A stretch of DNA of 64,000 bases. It comes from an uncultured Chloroflexia bacterium (GTDB lineage: Bacteria > Chloroflexota > Limnocylindria > Limnocylindrales > CSP1-4). The number at the start of each line of letters is the position of its first letter. Position 1 is the stretch's first letter. The translations under genes were made by a program, and so were the position numbers. The stretch lies in assembly GCA_963731995.1 (NCBI GenBank), contig CAVSXV010000004.1, positions 576,973-640,972 of the forward strand, read 5' to 3'. The notes beneath the pieces are model-generated. The model was not told the origin of the DNA. It saw only the letters and a list, made by a program, of their open reading frames with translations, and did no database searches. Shown piece by piece: positions 46,364 through 57,762 of this stretch.

Positions 46364-47305
46364 TCAGCCTCGCTCCACGAGAGGCTTCACCTCGCCCACC
46401 AGCCGGACCAGCGTCTCCTCGTCGAAGGGCGCCAGCTGCTCGATGGTGAACCCCGAGAAGCCGGCGTCGACGAAGCTGGCGAGGCGCTCGGCGATCGACT
46501 CGACCGTTCCGACCCAGAAGCTGGCGTCGCTGCTATCGGGCGTGAGGCTGTTGGCGGTCAGCTGCTGATCGAGGACGGCGCGCGCGTCAGCTTCGCGATC
46601 ACGGATGACGATCTTGCAGTTGTAGGTCAGTTGGATCTCTGATGGATCACGCCCGACGTCGGCGCAGTGTGCCCGCAGCACACCGATCTTGTGTGGCGCC
46701 TCGGCGAGCTCGAGCTGCGCATTCCAGACGTCGGCGTGGCGGGCGACGCTCCGCAGCGTCTTCTTCTCGCCGACGCCGCCGACCATGATGGGCACGCGTG
46801 CCTGGAGCGGAGGAGGCGCGAGGCGCAGGCGCTCGGTCCGGTAGCGCGGGCCATCGTGCGTCACCTCCTCGCCGGCCATCAGCGGGCGTACGATCTGGAG
46901 GGCCTCCTCGAGCCAGTCGAGGCGGTCGCCGAAACCTCTGCCGAACTCGACCCCGAAGGCGGCGTGTTCACGCTCGTGCCAGCCACCGCCGAGCCCGAGG
47001 ACCGCGCGGCCGCCGCTGATATGGTCGATGGTCGCGACCATCTTGGCCACGACCGCCGGGTTGCGGAAGGTGTTGGCGCCGACGAGGAGCCCAAGCTGAG
47101 CCCGAGTCGTCACCGCTGCCCACGCCGCGAGGGTCGTGTAGCCCTCGAAGACGGGTCGGTCGGGATCGCCCACGGCCGCGACGAGGTGGTCCCAGGTCCA
47201 GAGGTCGTCGTAGCCGAGCTCGTCGACGCGGCGCGCAGCCGCGAGGTACGAGGGCCAGTCCGTGTTCTGGGCCCACAGCTGGATCCCGAGTCGGATGGGT
47301 GGCAT
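46364..47305 (-). CDS. LLM-class (luciferase-like), probably F420-dependent oxidoreductase
   Basis: 'LGYDDLWTWDHL', 'GLLVGANTFRNPAVVAKMVATIDHISGGRAVLGLGGGWHEREH' are present. Length is 313 aa. Confidence 0.75.
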   Translation of the reverse strand: MPPIRLGIQLWAQNTDWPSYLAAARRVDELGYDDLWTWDHLVAAVGDPDRPVFEGYTTLAAWAAVTTRAQLGLLVGANTFRNPAVVAKMVATIDHISGGRAVLGLGGGWHEREHAAFGVEFGRGFGDRLDWLEEALQIVRPLMAGEEVTHDGPRYRTERLRLAPPPLQARVPIMVGGVGEKKTLRSVARHADVWNAQLELAEAPHKIGVLRAHCADVGRDPSEIQLTYNCKIVIRDREADARAVLDQQLTANSLTPDSSDASFWVGTVESIAERLASFVDAGFSGFTIEQLAPFDEETLVRLVGEVKPLVERG

Positions 47306-47359
47306 GTTCGAGTCCTCCTCGCTGATCGACGTGTGACTATCTCTGGGCGATCGATACCT

Positions 47360-47638
47360 CTACCGGCGCGGAGGCTTCGTGCCCTGGACGGGACCCTGTG
47401 GCGTCACCGTGGGGGCCTGGGGGTGCAGCCCGAACCGGATCGCCTGGTCCGGCCACTCCGGATCGTCCGGTGTCCAACGGTGCACCCTGGCGCCAGCGCC
47501 ATCGATCTGCTCGATCGTGCCATCCGCTCCGAGGACGAGCTTGGCGCCGTCCCCGAGCTCGAGTCCGTGTGGCTTGAAGCGGCGGCCTCGGGTCTTGGGG
47601 GACGGCGGTGGCTCGCGCCCGCTGGACTCGTCAGTCAT
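47360..47638 (-). CDS. small hypothetical protein
   Basis: AGGAGA precedes ATG 47638. The 92-aa protein is basic and Pro-rich and lies downstream of the sigma factor gene on the same strand. Confidence 0.4.
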   Translation of the reverse strand: MTDESSGREPPPSPKTRGRRFKPHGLELGDGAKLVLGADGTIEQIDGAGARVHRWTPDDPEWPDQAIRFGLHPQAPTVTPQGPVQGTKPPRR

Positions 47639-47705
47639 CGTGGTCTCCTGTCTGTTGCGGTGGGTGGCGATGCGTCGAAGCGGGACGGCCACCCTCGGGA
47701 CGTGG

Positions 47706-49589
<1,884 letters not shown>

Positions 49590-49831
49590 GGGTTACCTGC
49601 ATGATGGAGCGAAGGGGAAGGGGAGGGTCGATCCGTCCGGAGCTTCTTACCCATGGTACTCGCCCACCTTGCATGGCACATCAGATGGGACGGATCGCAC
49701 GACGACCGGCCCTTCGCGACGCCTGCCCTCCACGAGCCACACTCGGCTGCCCGGGCGGGTATCGTTCCTCACCTGGTCCGGTCATCTCCCTGGCGATCGC
49801 AAGGGTGTGAGCGAAGGAGCATGTCCTCACG

Positions 49832-51142
49832 ATGCGACGGCGCGGCGCCTTGAGCGCGGGTGGTGCAGTGCGACGGCTGCTGGCCAGCACCCTGGCGCTA
49901 GGGATGCTCATGTCAGCGATGCCGACGGTGGCTGCCTCCGACGTCATCAGCCATGGCTCGCGGGACCGACATTGGGTCGCGCTGACCTTCGATGATGGCT
50001 GGAACGTGGACCGCTGCGCCCGAATCGCCTCGACGCTCCGAAAGATGGACGTGACGGCCACATTCTTCCCCAATGGAACGTATCTGCGGGCGGCTCCGGA
50101 GCGCTGGCGCGCGATCCTGCGCGGCTTTCCGGTCGCCAACCACACGTACTCGCATGCCTGGCTGGACCGCTCGTCTGCGGCTGCCATCAGGAGGGAGATC
50201 AGCAAGAACGAATCGGTCATCGAGCGCATGTTGGGCCGGCCGATGCTGCACCTGCTGCGCCCGCCCTACGGTGCCTACGACTCACAGGTCGTACGAGTCG
50301 CCGACTCGCTCGGCTACCGCACGGTCCTGTGGGACGTCGATAGCCACGACACCTCGATGTCGTCGTCTTCGACCATCGCCGCCAACGCGAAGAAGGGGAT
50401 CAACGGTTCGATCGTGCTGCTCCACTGCGGCCCCAGCGCCACCCCCGCCGCAGTCAGCGCCATCGTCGCCTCGTACCGTGCGCGAGGCTTCAGGTTCGTC
50501 GACCTGGCCACGATGCTGGACCTCGAACCTGCCGGCCCGGCCATGGCCTGCCGTGTCCGAAACGCCGATACGGGCGTGACCTACGGCAACCTGCAGGCTG
50601 CCATCCGGGCGGCTTCGGTCGGTGGCCACCTGGTCCTGCGCGGCACCTGTCGTGGCACGACCTCGATCGGCAAGTCGTTGAGCGTCAGGGGCATCGAGGG
50701 CCAGCGCTCGGGGACACCGACACTGGCCGGCATGGGCCGCGGGCCGGTGCTGACCGTCCGTCCCGGGGTGGTCGTGACGCTGACCGGCCTGACCGTTCGG
50801 GGTGGAGCGGCGGACCGGGCCGCTGGCATCCTCAATCTCGGCCGGCTGACCCTGCGGGACGCGGTGGTCAGAGGCAACAAGGCCCGGGAAGCTGCTGGTG
50901 CGGTCGCCAACAAGGGCAAGCTCGTGCTGCGTGGCAGCACGATCATCCACGGCAACAGGTCTCGTGGCCACGCGGGCGGGATCCTCAACTGGGGCACGCT
51001 GGTGATGGCCGACTCCAGCGCGATCGTCCGGAACCGTGCGGCCACGCGAGGTGGTGGACTCTTCAACCGGGGCACGCTCGTGGGCGTGGCCTGCGGCCTC
51101 GATGTGCATCACAACACACCAGACGACTGCGTCGGGGCCTGA
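49832..51142 (+). CDS. secreted polysaccharide deacetylase (NodB domain) fused to a beta-helix repeat domain
   Basis: Signal peptide, then NodB motifs 'VALTFDDGW' and 'NHTYSHAWL'. The C-terminal half has repeats 'GGILNLGRLTL', 'GAVANKGKLVL', 'GGILNWGTLVM' and 'GGGLFNRGTLV'. Confidence 0.75.
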   Translation: MRRRGALSAGGAVRRLLASTLALGMLMSAMPTVAASDVISHGSRDRHWVALTFDDGWNVDRCARIASTLRKMDVTATFFPNGTYLRAAPERWRAILRGFPVANHTYSHAWLDRSSAAAIRREISKNESVIERMLGRPMLHLLRPPYGAYDSQVVRVADSLGYRTVLWDVDSHDTSMSSSSTIAANAKKGINGSIVLLHCGPSATPAAVSAIVASYRARGFRFVDLATMLDLEPAGPAMACRVRNADTGVTYGNLQAAIRAASVGGHLVLRGTCRGTTSIGKSLSVRGIEGQRSGTPTLAGMGRGPVLTVRPGVVVTLTGLTVRGGAADRAAGILNLGRLTLRDAVVRGNKAREAAGAVANKGKLVLRGSTIIHGNRSRGHAGGILNWGTLVMADSSAIVRNRAATRGGGLFNRGTLVGVACGLDVHHNTPDDCVGA

Positions 51143-51240
51143 CGCTCAGCCGGCGGTTGCCAGCCGGGGCACCAGCGAGGCGCGGCCGGTGAGGAGGTCG
51201 CCCACACCGTCTGGCTGGGGCTGCGATGCTGACCGAGCCC

Positions 51241-51732
51241 TCAGACCGGTTCGGCCGGCAGGTCCCGTGCGAGGCCATCCACCACCTCGGCACCGAGGGC
51301 GGTCAACACCACCGGTGGGGCATGGACCTTGCGGTCCCGACCTCCGCCCCCGAGGATGATCCGCTCGCGCTCCATGACCCGGGCGTCGACCCAGAGCGGC
51401 AGGCTATCGGGCAGCCCGATGGGCGTCACGCCGCCGATGGCCATGCCCGTCAGCGCCTGCGTGTCCTCGCCGCTCGCGAACGAGGCCTTCCTCGTGCCGA
51501 GGCGCTTGCGCACGACCTTGTTGACGTCAAGGCGCGTGGTGGCCAGCACGACGCAGGCCGCGTACACGGGCGGGTCAGCCCTGCCCATGACCACGATGGT
51601 GTTGGCGGAGTCCTCGAGGGCATAGCCGTATGCCTCACAGAAGGCGGCCGTATCGGCCAGGTCGGGATCACAGGGGACGATCTCGTACTCGACGCCGAGC
51701 GCGTCGAGGCGTTCGATGAATGGGTCGCTCAT
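51241..51732 (-). CDS. YbaK/EbsC-type aminoacyl-tRNA deacylase domain protein
   Basis: 'NTIVVMGRADPPVYAACVVLATTRLDVNKVVRKRLGTRKASFA...TGMAIGGVTPIGL' is present. ATG 51732 was chosen inside ORF 51241..51804. Confidence 0.7.
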   Translation of the reverse strand: MSDPFIERLDALGVEYEIVPCDPDLADTAAFCEAYGYALEDSANTIVVMGRADPPVYAACVVLATTRLDVNKVVRKRLGTRKASFASGEDTQALTGMAIGGVTPIGLPDSLPLWVDARVMERERIILGGGGRDRKVHAPPVVLTALGAEVVDGLARDLPAEPV

Positions 51733-51789
51733 CGGGCGATGGTAGATCCACCACCCTGCCGAAGTTGGCTTGCGCCCGTGGCGACCCGG

Positions 51790-51803
51790 TGGTAACGTTA
51801 TCA
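51790..51803. promoter_or_regulatory. candidate LacI/GalR-family operator (site 1)
   Basis: 'TGGTAACGTTATCA' is a 14-bp palindrome with one symmetric mismatch and a central CG. It lies 58 nt upstream of the epimerase ATG. It shares the half-site TGGTAACG with site 2 at 54592. Confidence 0.5.
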
Positions 51804-51860
51804 TACGAGTGGTGGCGAACCGCCGATCGAGCGCTGCACAAGAAAGAGGAACCGCGACCG

Positions 51861-52922
51861 ATGCCCCAGGAATTCAACGACACCATCCCCGGTACCGACG
51901 TCGAGCGCGGGATGGACAAGGATGACCTCATCGTCATCACCGGCGCCGGCGGCTTCATCGCCGGCTCACTGACCCGCTACTTCGCGGAGCAGGGCTACAC
52001 CAACATCCGCGCCATCGACCGCAAGCCGTTGCCGGATTGGTACCTGCGCGTGCCGGGCGTCGAGTCCATCTGCGCCGATCTCAGCGTCGAGGCCAATGCC
52101 ATCGAGGCGGTCAAGGGCGCGACCGAGGTCTACAACCTCGCGGCCGACATGGGCGGCATGGGCTTCATCGAGAACTTCCGTGTCGAGTGCCTGCGCTCGA
52201 TCCTCGTCAACACGCACCTGACCGAGGCGTCCTACCGGGCCGGCGTGCAGCGCTACTTCTTCAGCTCCAGCGCCTGTGCCTACAACACCGACCTGCAGAA
52301 GACCCCGGAGGTCATCGCCCTCAAGGAGTCCGACGCCTATCCGGCCATGGCCGAGCGCGGCTACGGCTGGGAGAAGCTGGTCAGCGAGATGTTCTGCCAG
52401 GAGTACTGGGAGGAGCGCGGCCTCGAGACCCACATCGCCCGCTTCCACAACATCTACGGCCCCAACGGCACCTGGTTCGGTGGCCGCGAGAAGGCGCCCG
52501 CCGCGATGTGCCGCAAGGTCCTCGAGGCCCAGGACAGCGGCGACATGAAGATCGAGATCTGGGGCGACGGGGAGCAGACCCGCTCGTTCTGCTACATCGA
52601 TGACTGCCTCCACGGCATCGACCTGATCATGCATACCCCGGAACTGATCGCCACACCCATCAACCTCGGCTCCAGCGAGCTGGTCTCGATCAACGAGCTG
52701 GTCACGATGGTCGAGGAGGTCGCCGGCGTGAAGCTCGAGCGTGAGTACAACCTCGATGCGCCCAAGGGCGTGGCCGGCCGCAACAGCGACAACACCTTCA
52801 TCCAGCAGGTCCTTGGCTGGGAGCCCAGCACGCCCCTCAAGGAGGGCATGGCCGAGACCTACGCCTGGATCGCCGAGCAGTTCGCCGATCGCAAGGCCGG
52901 CAAGCGCGTCGTCGAGGGGTAG
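51861..52922 (+). CDS. GDP-mannose 3,5-epimerase-like NAD-dependent epimerase
   Basis: Rossmann motif 'ITGAGGFIAGSL'. 'YGWEKLVSEMFCQEYWEERGLETHIARFHNIYGPNGTWFGGREKAPAAMCRK' closely follows the GME signature. ATG 51861 was chosen inside ORF 51720..52922. Confidence 0.75.
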   Translation: MPQEFNDTIPGTDVERGMDKDDLIVITGAGGFIAGSLTRYFAEQGYTNIRAIDRKPLPDWYLRVPGVESICADLSVEANAIEAVKGATEVYNLAADMGGMGFIENFRVECLRSILVNTHLTEASYRAGVQRYFFSSSACAYNTDLQKTPEVIALKESDAYPAMAERGYGWEKLVSEMFCQEYWEERGLETHIARFHNIYGPNGTWFGGREKAPAAMCRKVLEAQDSGDMKIEIWGDGEQTRSFCYIDDCLHGIDLIMHTPELIATPINLGSSELVSINELVTMVEEVAGVKLEREYNLDAPKGVAGRNSDNTFIQQVLGWEPSTPLKEGMAETYAWIAEQFADRKAGKRVVEG

Positions 52923-52928
52923 CGTTCG

Positions 52929-53744
52929 ATGACGGTGCCGACCGAGGCTCCGCCGACGTCCGCAAGCCTCCAGAGGGCGATCGGCAAGCTCCCGTACCGA
53001 CTCCAGATGGCGGGCGGCTGGATCGACCAGCCGTTCGTCTCGGGGGCCAACCCCGAGCCGCCCGGATCGATGGTGGTCGTGTCCATGCAGCCGAGCGTGC
53101 GGTACATGGAGCGCAGCGGCATGGCCACCGGCACCCGCCGCGTGGCGCAGCAGCTGTGGGGTGACGCAGCTCCCCACCGACCGCCCGCCCGACGTGCTGG
53201 TCCGCGAGCTGTACCAGGCGGAGAACGAAGGCCAGGCTGACCCCTCCGGCTCTCAGGACATGTGCGGGCTCATCTATCCCGGCATCAGCCGCCTCGACTA
53301 CGACGCCGCCGTGGAGGGTGGCTGGTTCCCGAGCCACATCGAGTCCACTTCCGACCCCGAGGTCGTGGCCTGGCTCGAGCGCGTGGTCCATCTGGTGCCG
53401 GTCGGGCGGCCGGCCCGACGGCTACGACCCGCTCCTGACGAGGAACCTCGATCCGGCCTGGGTCGCACGCCTCGGTGCCTGCGGGGCGGCCTGCTACGAC
53501 GCCATCGTGGCCATGGATCTCGATGGCACTGGGCGAGTCGCTCAACGAGAACTCGCTCGCGTGGCGGGCGATCCTGCCCAACGTCTACGAGCACGACACC
53601 ATCAAGAGCGACCTGTGGGGCTTGCTCACGGCCTACATGGCCGACTACCCCGGGGCCATGCAGTCGGGCTGCGGTGGCGGCTACATCATCGTCGCCTCCG
53701 ACGAGCCGCCGGCTGGCTCCGCCCGTATCACCGTGCGGGTGTGA
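52929..53744 (+). pseudogene. GHMP-family sugar kinase (fucokinase/HddA-like), three frame breaks
   Basis: 'YRLQMAGGWIDQPF', 'ERSGMATGTRRVA', 'GSQDMCGLIYPGISRL' and 'QSGCGGGYIIVAS' are spread over ORFs 52929.., 53161.., 53318.. and 53475..53744. Breaks lie near 53160, 53410 and 53525. Confidence 0.6.
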
Positions 53745-54562
53745 CGGCTGCACGTGCGGTCGTCGAGCAGAGTCTCGACGACCTCCGCTCGGACGACGTC
53801 CGGTTCCTGCAGGTAGCGGCCGGTCACGGTGACCTGCACGTCCGCATCCCCTCGGACGCGCTGATCGAGCAGCTCACCGGGGCGTCACCGAAGTTCCCCG
53901 CCGCCGAACGCCTGTTCCTCGCCGACTCGCTCCGCTGGGTGAGCTCGGCCGAGGTCGTGGAGCAGCCGCTCTCGGCGGTGCTCGACTCGGTCGCGGCCGA
54001 TGCCACCACGCTGGCGGTTCGCGCCGAGGACGATGACCCGGCGCTCCGTTCGGCCGCCGAGGTCGGCTGGGCTTGGCGGTACGCGCGATCGGGCCGGACG
54101 AGCGCGCCGGCTTCCCGCTCATCGAGCCGGACCGGGAGTTGCCCGAGGGCGCGCCGAGCGTCGTCGTCACCGGCTGCTTCGACTGGCTCCACTCCGGGCA
54201 CATCCGCTTCTTCATGGATGCAGCAGCGCATGGTGCGCTCTACGTCGTCATCGGCAGCGATCGCAACGTGCGGCTGCTCAAGGGCGCTGGCCACCCGCTC
54301 CAGCGCGAGGAGGAACGGCGCTACATGGTCGGCTCAATGAAGCCGGTGTACCGCTGCCTCGTCTCATCGGGCTCGGGCTGGATGGATGCGGAACCCGAGA
54401 TCGACCTCCTCAAGCCCACGTCATACGTAGTCAACGAGGACGGCGACAAGCCAGAGAAGCGCGCAGTTCTGCGAGGCCCACGGGCTGCGGTACGTCGTGC
54501 TCGAGCGGGTCCCGCACGCGGGGCTGCCGGCCCGTTCCAGCACGGATCTGCGCGGGTTCTAG
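53741..54562 (+). pseudogene. cytidylyltransferase-like nucleotidyltransferase (RfaE domain II/TagD-like) with an N-terminal extension; two compensating frame breaks
   Basis: The GTG overlaps the kinase stop (GTGA). 'VVVTGCFDWLHSGHIRFF' is the (H/T)xGH motif. The middle part (54073..about 54470) is in a different frame from both ends. The C-terminus reads 'FCEAHGLRYVVLERVPHAGLPARSSTDLRGF*'. Confidence 0.55.
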
Positions 54563-54591
54563 GCCCGCTGAACGGGCGCCGGTCGCGCTTG

Positions 54592-54605
54592 TGGTTTCGT
54601 TACCA
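54592..54605. promoter_or_regulatory. candidate LacI/GalR-family operator (site 2)
   Basis: 'TGGTTTCGTTACCA' lies 10 nt upstream of the LacI-family gene ATG, abutting its AAGGAG. Its right half is the exact reverse complement of the left half of site 1. Confidence 0.45.
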
Positions 54606-54614
54606 TAAGGAGCC

Positions 54615-55625
54615 ATGGCCACTGTCCTCGATGTCGCCAAACGCGCCGGCGTCTCGCCCATGACCGTGTCCCGGGTCGTGAACGGATCGGGGCCGGTCAG
54701 TCCCATGCTGCGCGGACGCGTCGAGAAGGCGCTCAAGGAGACGGGCTACGTGCCCAACTCGGTGGCTCGCAACCTGCGCACCAAGCGTACCGACACCATC
54801 GGCCTGGTCATGCCGGACATCACCAACCCCTTCTTCACGCACGTGGTGCGGGGCGTGGAGGTCGCGGCCCGGGACGCCGGGCTGCTGTTGCTGTTGACCA
54901 ACACCGATCAGCGACCTGACGAAGAGCGGCGCGTCGTGACCATGCTGCTCCAGCGTCAGGTGGACGGCATGCTGGCCATCCCCGCGGGCACCTGCGCCGA
55001 CACGGTGCGACGGTGCCGGGAGGCGGAGGTGCCTCTGGTCATCGTGGACCGCCGTCCGGAGATGGCCGGTGTGGACGTGGTCCGGGCTGATGCCGAGGGT
55101 GGCGCCTACCAGCTGGGCAAGCTGCTCGCAGGCCTGGGCCACCAGCACTTGGCCGTGATCACCGGTCCCGAGTACGTGCCCACCGCCGTCGATCGCGCCG
55201 CGGGTTTCACCGAGGCCGTGGAAGAGGAGGGGCTGCCCGCGCCGCGCGTGGTGCACGGCGACTTCTCACTCGAGAGCGGCTACGACATGACGCTCGAGCT
55301 GATGCAGCAGGAGCCCCGGCCGACGGCGATCTTCGCGGCCAATAACTTCCTCGCCATCGGCACCCAGCACGCGCTCGAGGAGCTGGGCCTGGGCATCCCC
55401 GAGGACGTGGCGCTGGTCGGCCTGGACGACCTGCCGGCCGAGATGGTCACGTTCCCGTTCCTGACGGTCGCGGCGCAGCCGGCCGAGGAGATGGGACGTC
55501 GTGCGGTGGAGCTGCTGCTCGAGCGCATCAAGCAGCCTGGGGGCGGCCCCGAGGAGATCCTGCTCCCCACCGAGCTCACCATCCGCCGCTCCAGCGGCGA
55601 GCGGGTCGGGGTCGTGGCGCCCTAA
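54615..55625 (+). CDS. LacI-family transcriptional regulator
   Basis: The N-terminal HTH reads 'MATVLDVAKRAGVSPMTVSRVVNGSGPVSPMLRGRVEKALKETGYVPNSVARNLR'. A periplasmic-binding-protein-like sugar-binding core follows. Confidence 0.9.
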   Translation: MATVLDVAKRAGVSPMTVSRVVNGSGPVSPMLRGRVEKALKETGYVPNSVARNLRTKRTDTIGLVMPDITNPFFTHVVRGVEVAARDAGLLLLLTNTDQRPDEERRVVTMLLQRQVDGMLAIPAGTCADTVRRCREAEVPLVIVDRRPEMAGVDVVRADAEGGAYQLGKLLAGLGHQHLAVITGPEYVPTAVDRAAGFTEAVEEEGLPAPRVVHGDFSLESGYDMTLELMQQEPRPTAIFAANNFLAIGTQHALEELGLGIPEDVALVGLDDLPAEMVTFPFLTVAAQPAEEMGRRAVELLLERIKQPGGGPEEILLPTELTIRRSSGERVGVVAP

Positions 55626-55800
55626 CGGGACGACCGCCACCCGGACGCTTCCGGCTGCTCACCCCACGAGCGATCTCGACCAGCCCGCGGCCGAACGCGC
55701 AGGTCTCGTTCGCCTGCTGTGCAGAGGTGGCATGGCTGCTCATCCCGAGAGCCGGATCAGCCGATCTCGTGCCAGGCACGTCGAGTCTGCTTGCCGGGGA

Positions 55801-55903
55801 GCAGCATCCCGCCTCGCACCAGCCCGCCTCGCAGCAGCGCGGCTCGCACCAGCCCGGCCCGCAGCATCCCGCCTTGCACCAGCCCGGCTCGCACCAGGTC
55901 CGG
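55801..55903. repeat. 30-nt tandem repeat, 3.4 copies
   Basis: Units: 'gcagcatcccgcctcgcaccagcccgcctc', 'gcagcagcgcggctcgcaccagcccggccc', 'gcagcatcccgccttgcaccagcccggctc', 'gcaccaggtccgg'. It lies between the LacI-family gene and thrC, in frame with the long ORF 55727... Confidence 0.8.
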
Positions 55904-55987
55904 GAGCGCCAGAGGCTGATCGGTCGCTTACACGGGGTGGCGCGCCGTCCGCAGCACGCTGCTCACGGCTCCGGCCATACTCGGTCG

Positions 55988-57212
55988 ATGTCGCCCATCG
56001 TCGACCGCCGTTCGTACGTGACCCACCTCGAAGCTGCCATCGATGGCACGGTGCTACCTGCTGGCACGGTCCAGACCACCCACGAGGGGCGCCCGCTGTG
56101 GGTGCGCTACGACCTCGACGCGATCGGCGCGGCCGTCGACCGCGACGCCCTGCGCGACCGACCGGCAGGCATGTGGCGATACACGGAGCTGCTGCCGATC
56201 AGCAATGACCCTGTCTCGCTCGGCGAGACGATGACCCCGCTGCTCGAGGCGCCCCGCCTCGCCGCCCACTTGGGCCTGAAGCACCTACACATCAAGGACG
56301 AGTCGCGACTCCCCACCGGCTCGTTCAAGGCGCGCGGCATGGCGGTGGCCGTGTCGATGGCCAAGGAGCTGGGCCTCACCCGCCTGGCCACCCCGACCGC
56401 CGGCAACGCGGGTGGCGCGCTCGCCGCCTACGCCGCCCGCGCCGGCATGGAGGCCTACGTGTTCATGCCCGTCGACACGCCCATGGTCAACCGCTACGAG
56501 GCTGCGCTCTACGGCGCCCACGCCTATCTCGTCGATGGCCTCATCAACGACTGCGGCGCCATCGTGCGTGACGGGGTCGAGGCCATGGGCTTGGTTCGAC
56601 ATGAGCACGCTCAAGGAGCCGTATCGCATCGAGGGCAAGAAGACGATGGGCCTGGAGCTGGCCGACCAGCTCGACTGGCGGCTGCCCGACGTCGTCCTCT
56701 ATCCCACCGGTGGCGGCACCGGCCTCATCGGCATGTGGAAGGCGTTCGCCGAGCTCGGCGCACTTGGGTGGCTCGAGACCGCGAGGAAGCCGCGCCTCAT
56801 CTCCTGTCAGTCAGACGGTTGTGCCCCGATCGCCGACGCGTGGGCTGCAGGGCAGCGTTTCGCGGAGCCCGCCCGGGACCCCCGGACCATCGCGAGCGGC
56901 ATCCGCGTGCCCGTCGCGGTCGGCGACTTCATGATCCTCGACGCGGTGCGCGACTCCGGGGGCGCTGCGCTCGCCGCCGACGAGCGCCGGATCGGCGAGT
57001 GGATGCGGCTGGCCAACGCGCTCGAAGGCATCGCGCTCTGCCCCGAAGCGGCCGTCTGCGTCGGTGTGCTCGAGCGCCTCGTCAAGGATGGTCAAGTCGT
57101 TGCCGACGAGCAGGTCGTGATCTTCAACACCGGTGCCGCCCAGAAGTACGTCGAGGCCATCACCGCCGACCTCCCGAGCGTGCAGCTGCCGATGGACTAC
57201 GAGGCGCTCTAA
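55988..57212 (+). pseudogene. thrC: threonine synthase, single frame break at 56590-56592
   Basis: 'SRLPTGSFKARGMAVAVSMA' carries the PLP lysine. 'EAMG' then continues as 'WFDMSTLKEPYRIEGKKTMGLE...YPTGGGTGLIGMWKAF' in the frame of ORF 56412..57212. One extra T is present in 'ggcttgg'. Confidence 0.7.
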
Positions 57213-57706
57213 CCCCGGTGGTCGGCCCGCTCCGGGTCCCAGAAGCCCGCGTGCACCGCCGCCGCTTCGGGCAGGTCGGCCGGTCCCTCCACGATGATCT
57301 GGCGCTGCCCTGCGGCCAGCACCGTCGCGGCCGAGAGATGCATCGTGGGGTTCTCGGGATCGGCGCCGGTGAACTCGCCCAGCCGCGACTCGGCCAGGGC
57401 ATAGACCACGCGGCCGATACCGCTCCAGTAGATGCCACCGGCACACATGGCACACGGCTCGGTGCTGCTGTAGAGCGTGGTCTCGGCCAGCTCTTCGGGC
57501 TCGTAGCGGCCGGAGGCAAGGCGGACCAGGTTCAGCTCGGCATGGCCGGTCACGTCGCGTGCGGTGGTGACTGTGTTCTCCGCCTCCAGGAGCACCGCTC
57601 CGGCGGCCGATGCGAGCACGGCACCGAAGGGATGGTTGCCGGCCGCCCTGGCGCGCCCGGCTACATCGATAGCGATGCGAAGGAGTCGCAGGTCGTCGGC
57701 GTCCAT
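57209..57706 (-). CDS. CMP/dCMP-type zinc deaminase (tRNA/nucleoside deaminase family)
   Basis: 'HAELNLV' and 'TEPCAMCAGGI' are the zinc-binding motifs. ATG 57706 was chosen inside ORF 57209..57772. Confidence 0.8.
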   Translation of the reverse strand: MDADDLRLLRIAIDVAGRARAAGNHPFGAVLASAAGAVLLEAENTVTTARDVTGHAELNLVRLASGRYEPEELAETTLYSSTEPCAMCAGGIYWSGIGRVVYALAESRLGEFTGADPENPTMHLSAATVLAAGQRQIIVEGPADLPEAAAVHAGFWDPERADHRG

Positions 57707-57762
57707 GCGCTCGATGGTAGCTGGCGACGCGCCTCGGTATGCTGCAGCGTAGAGGAGGGGAC

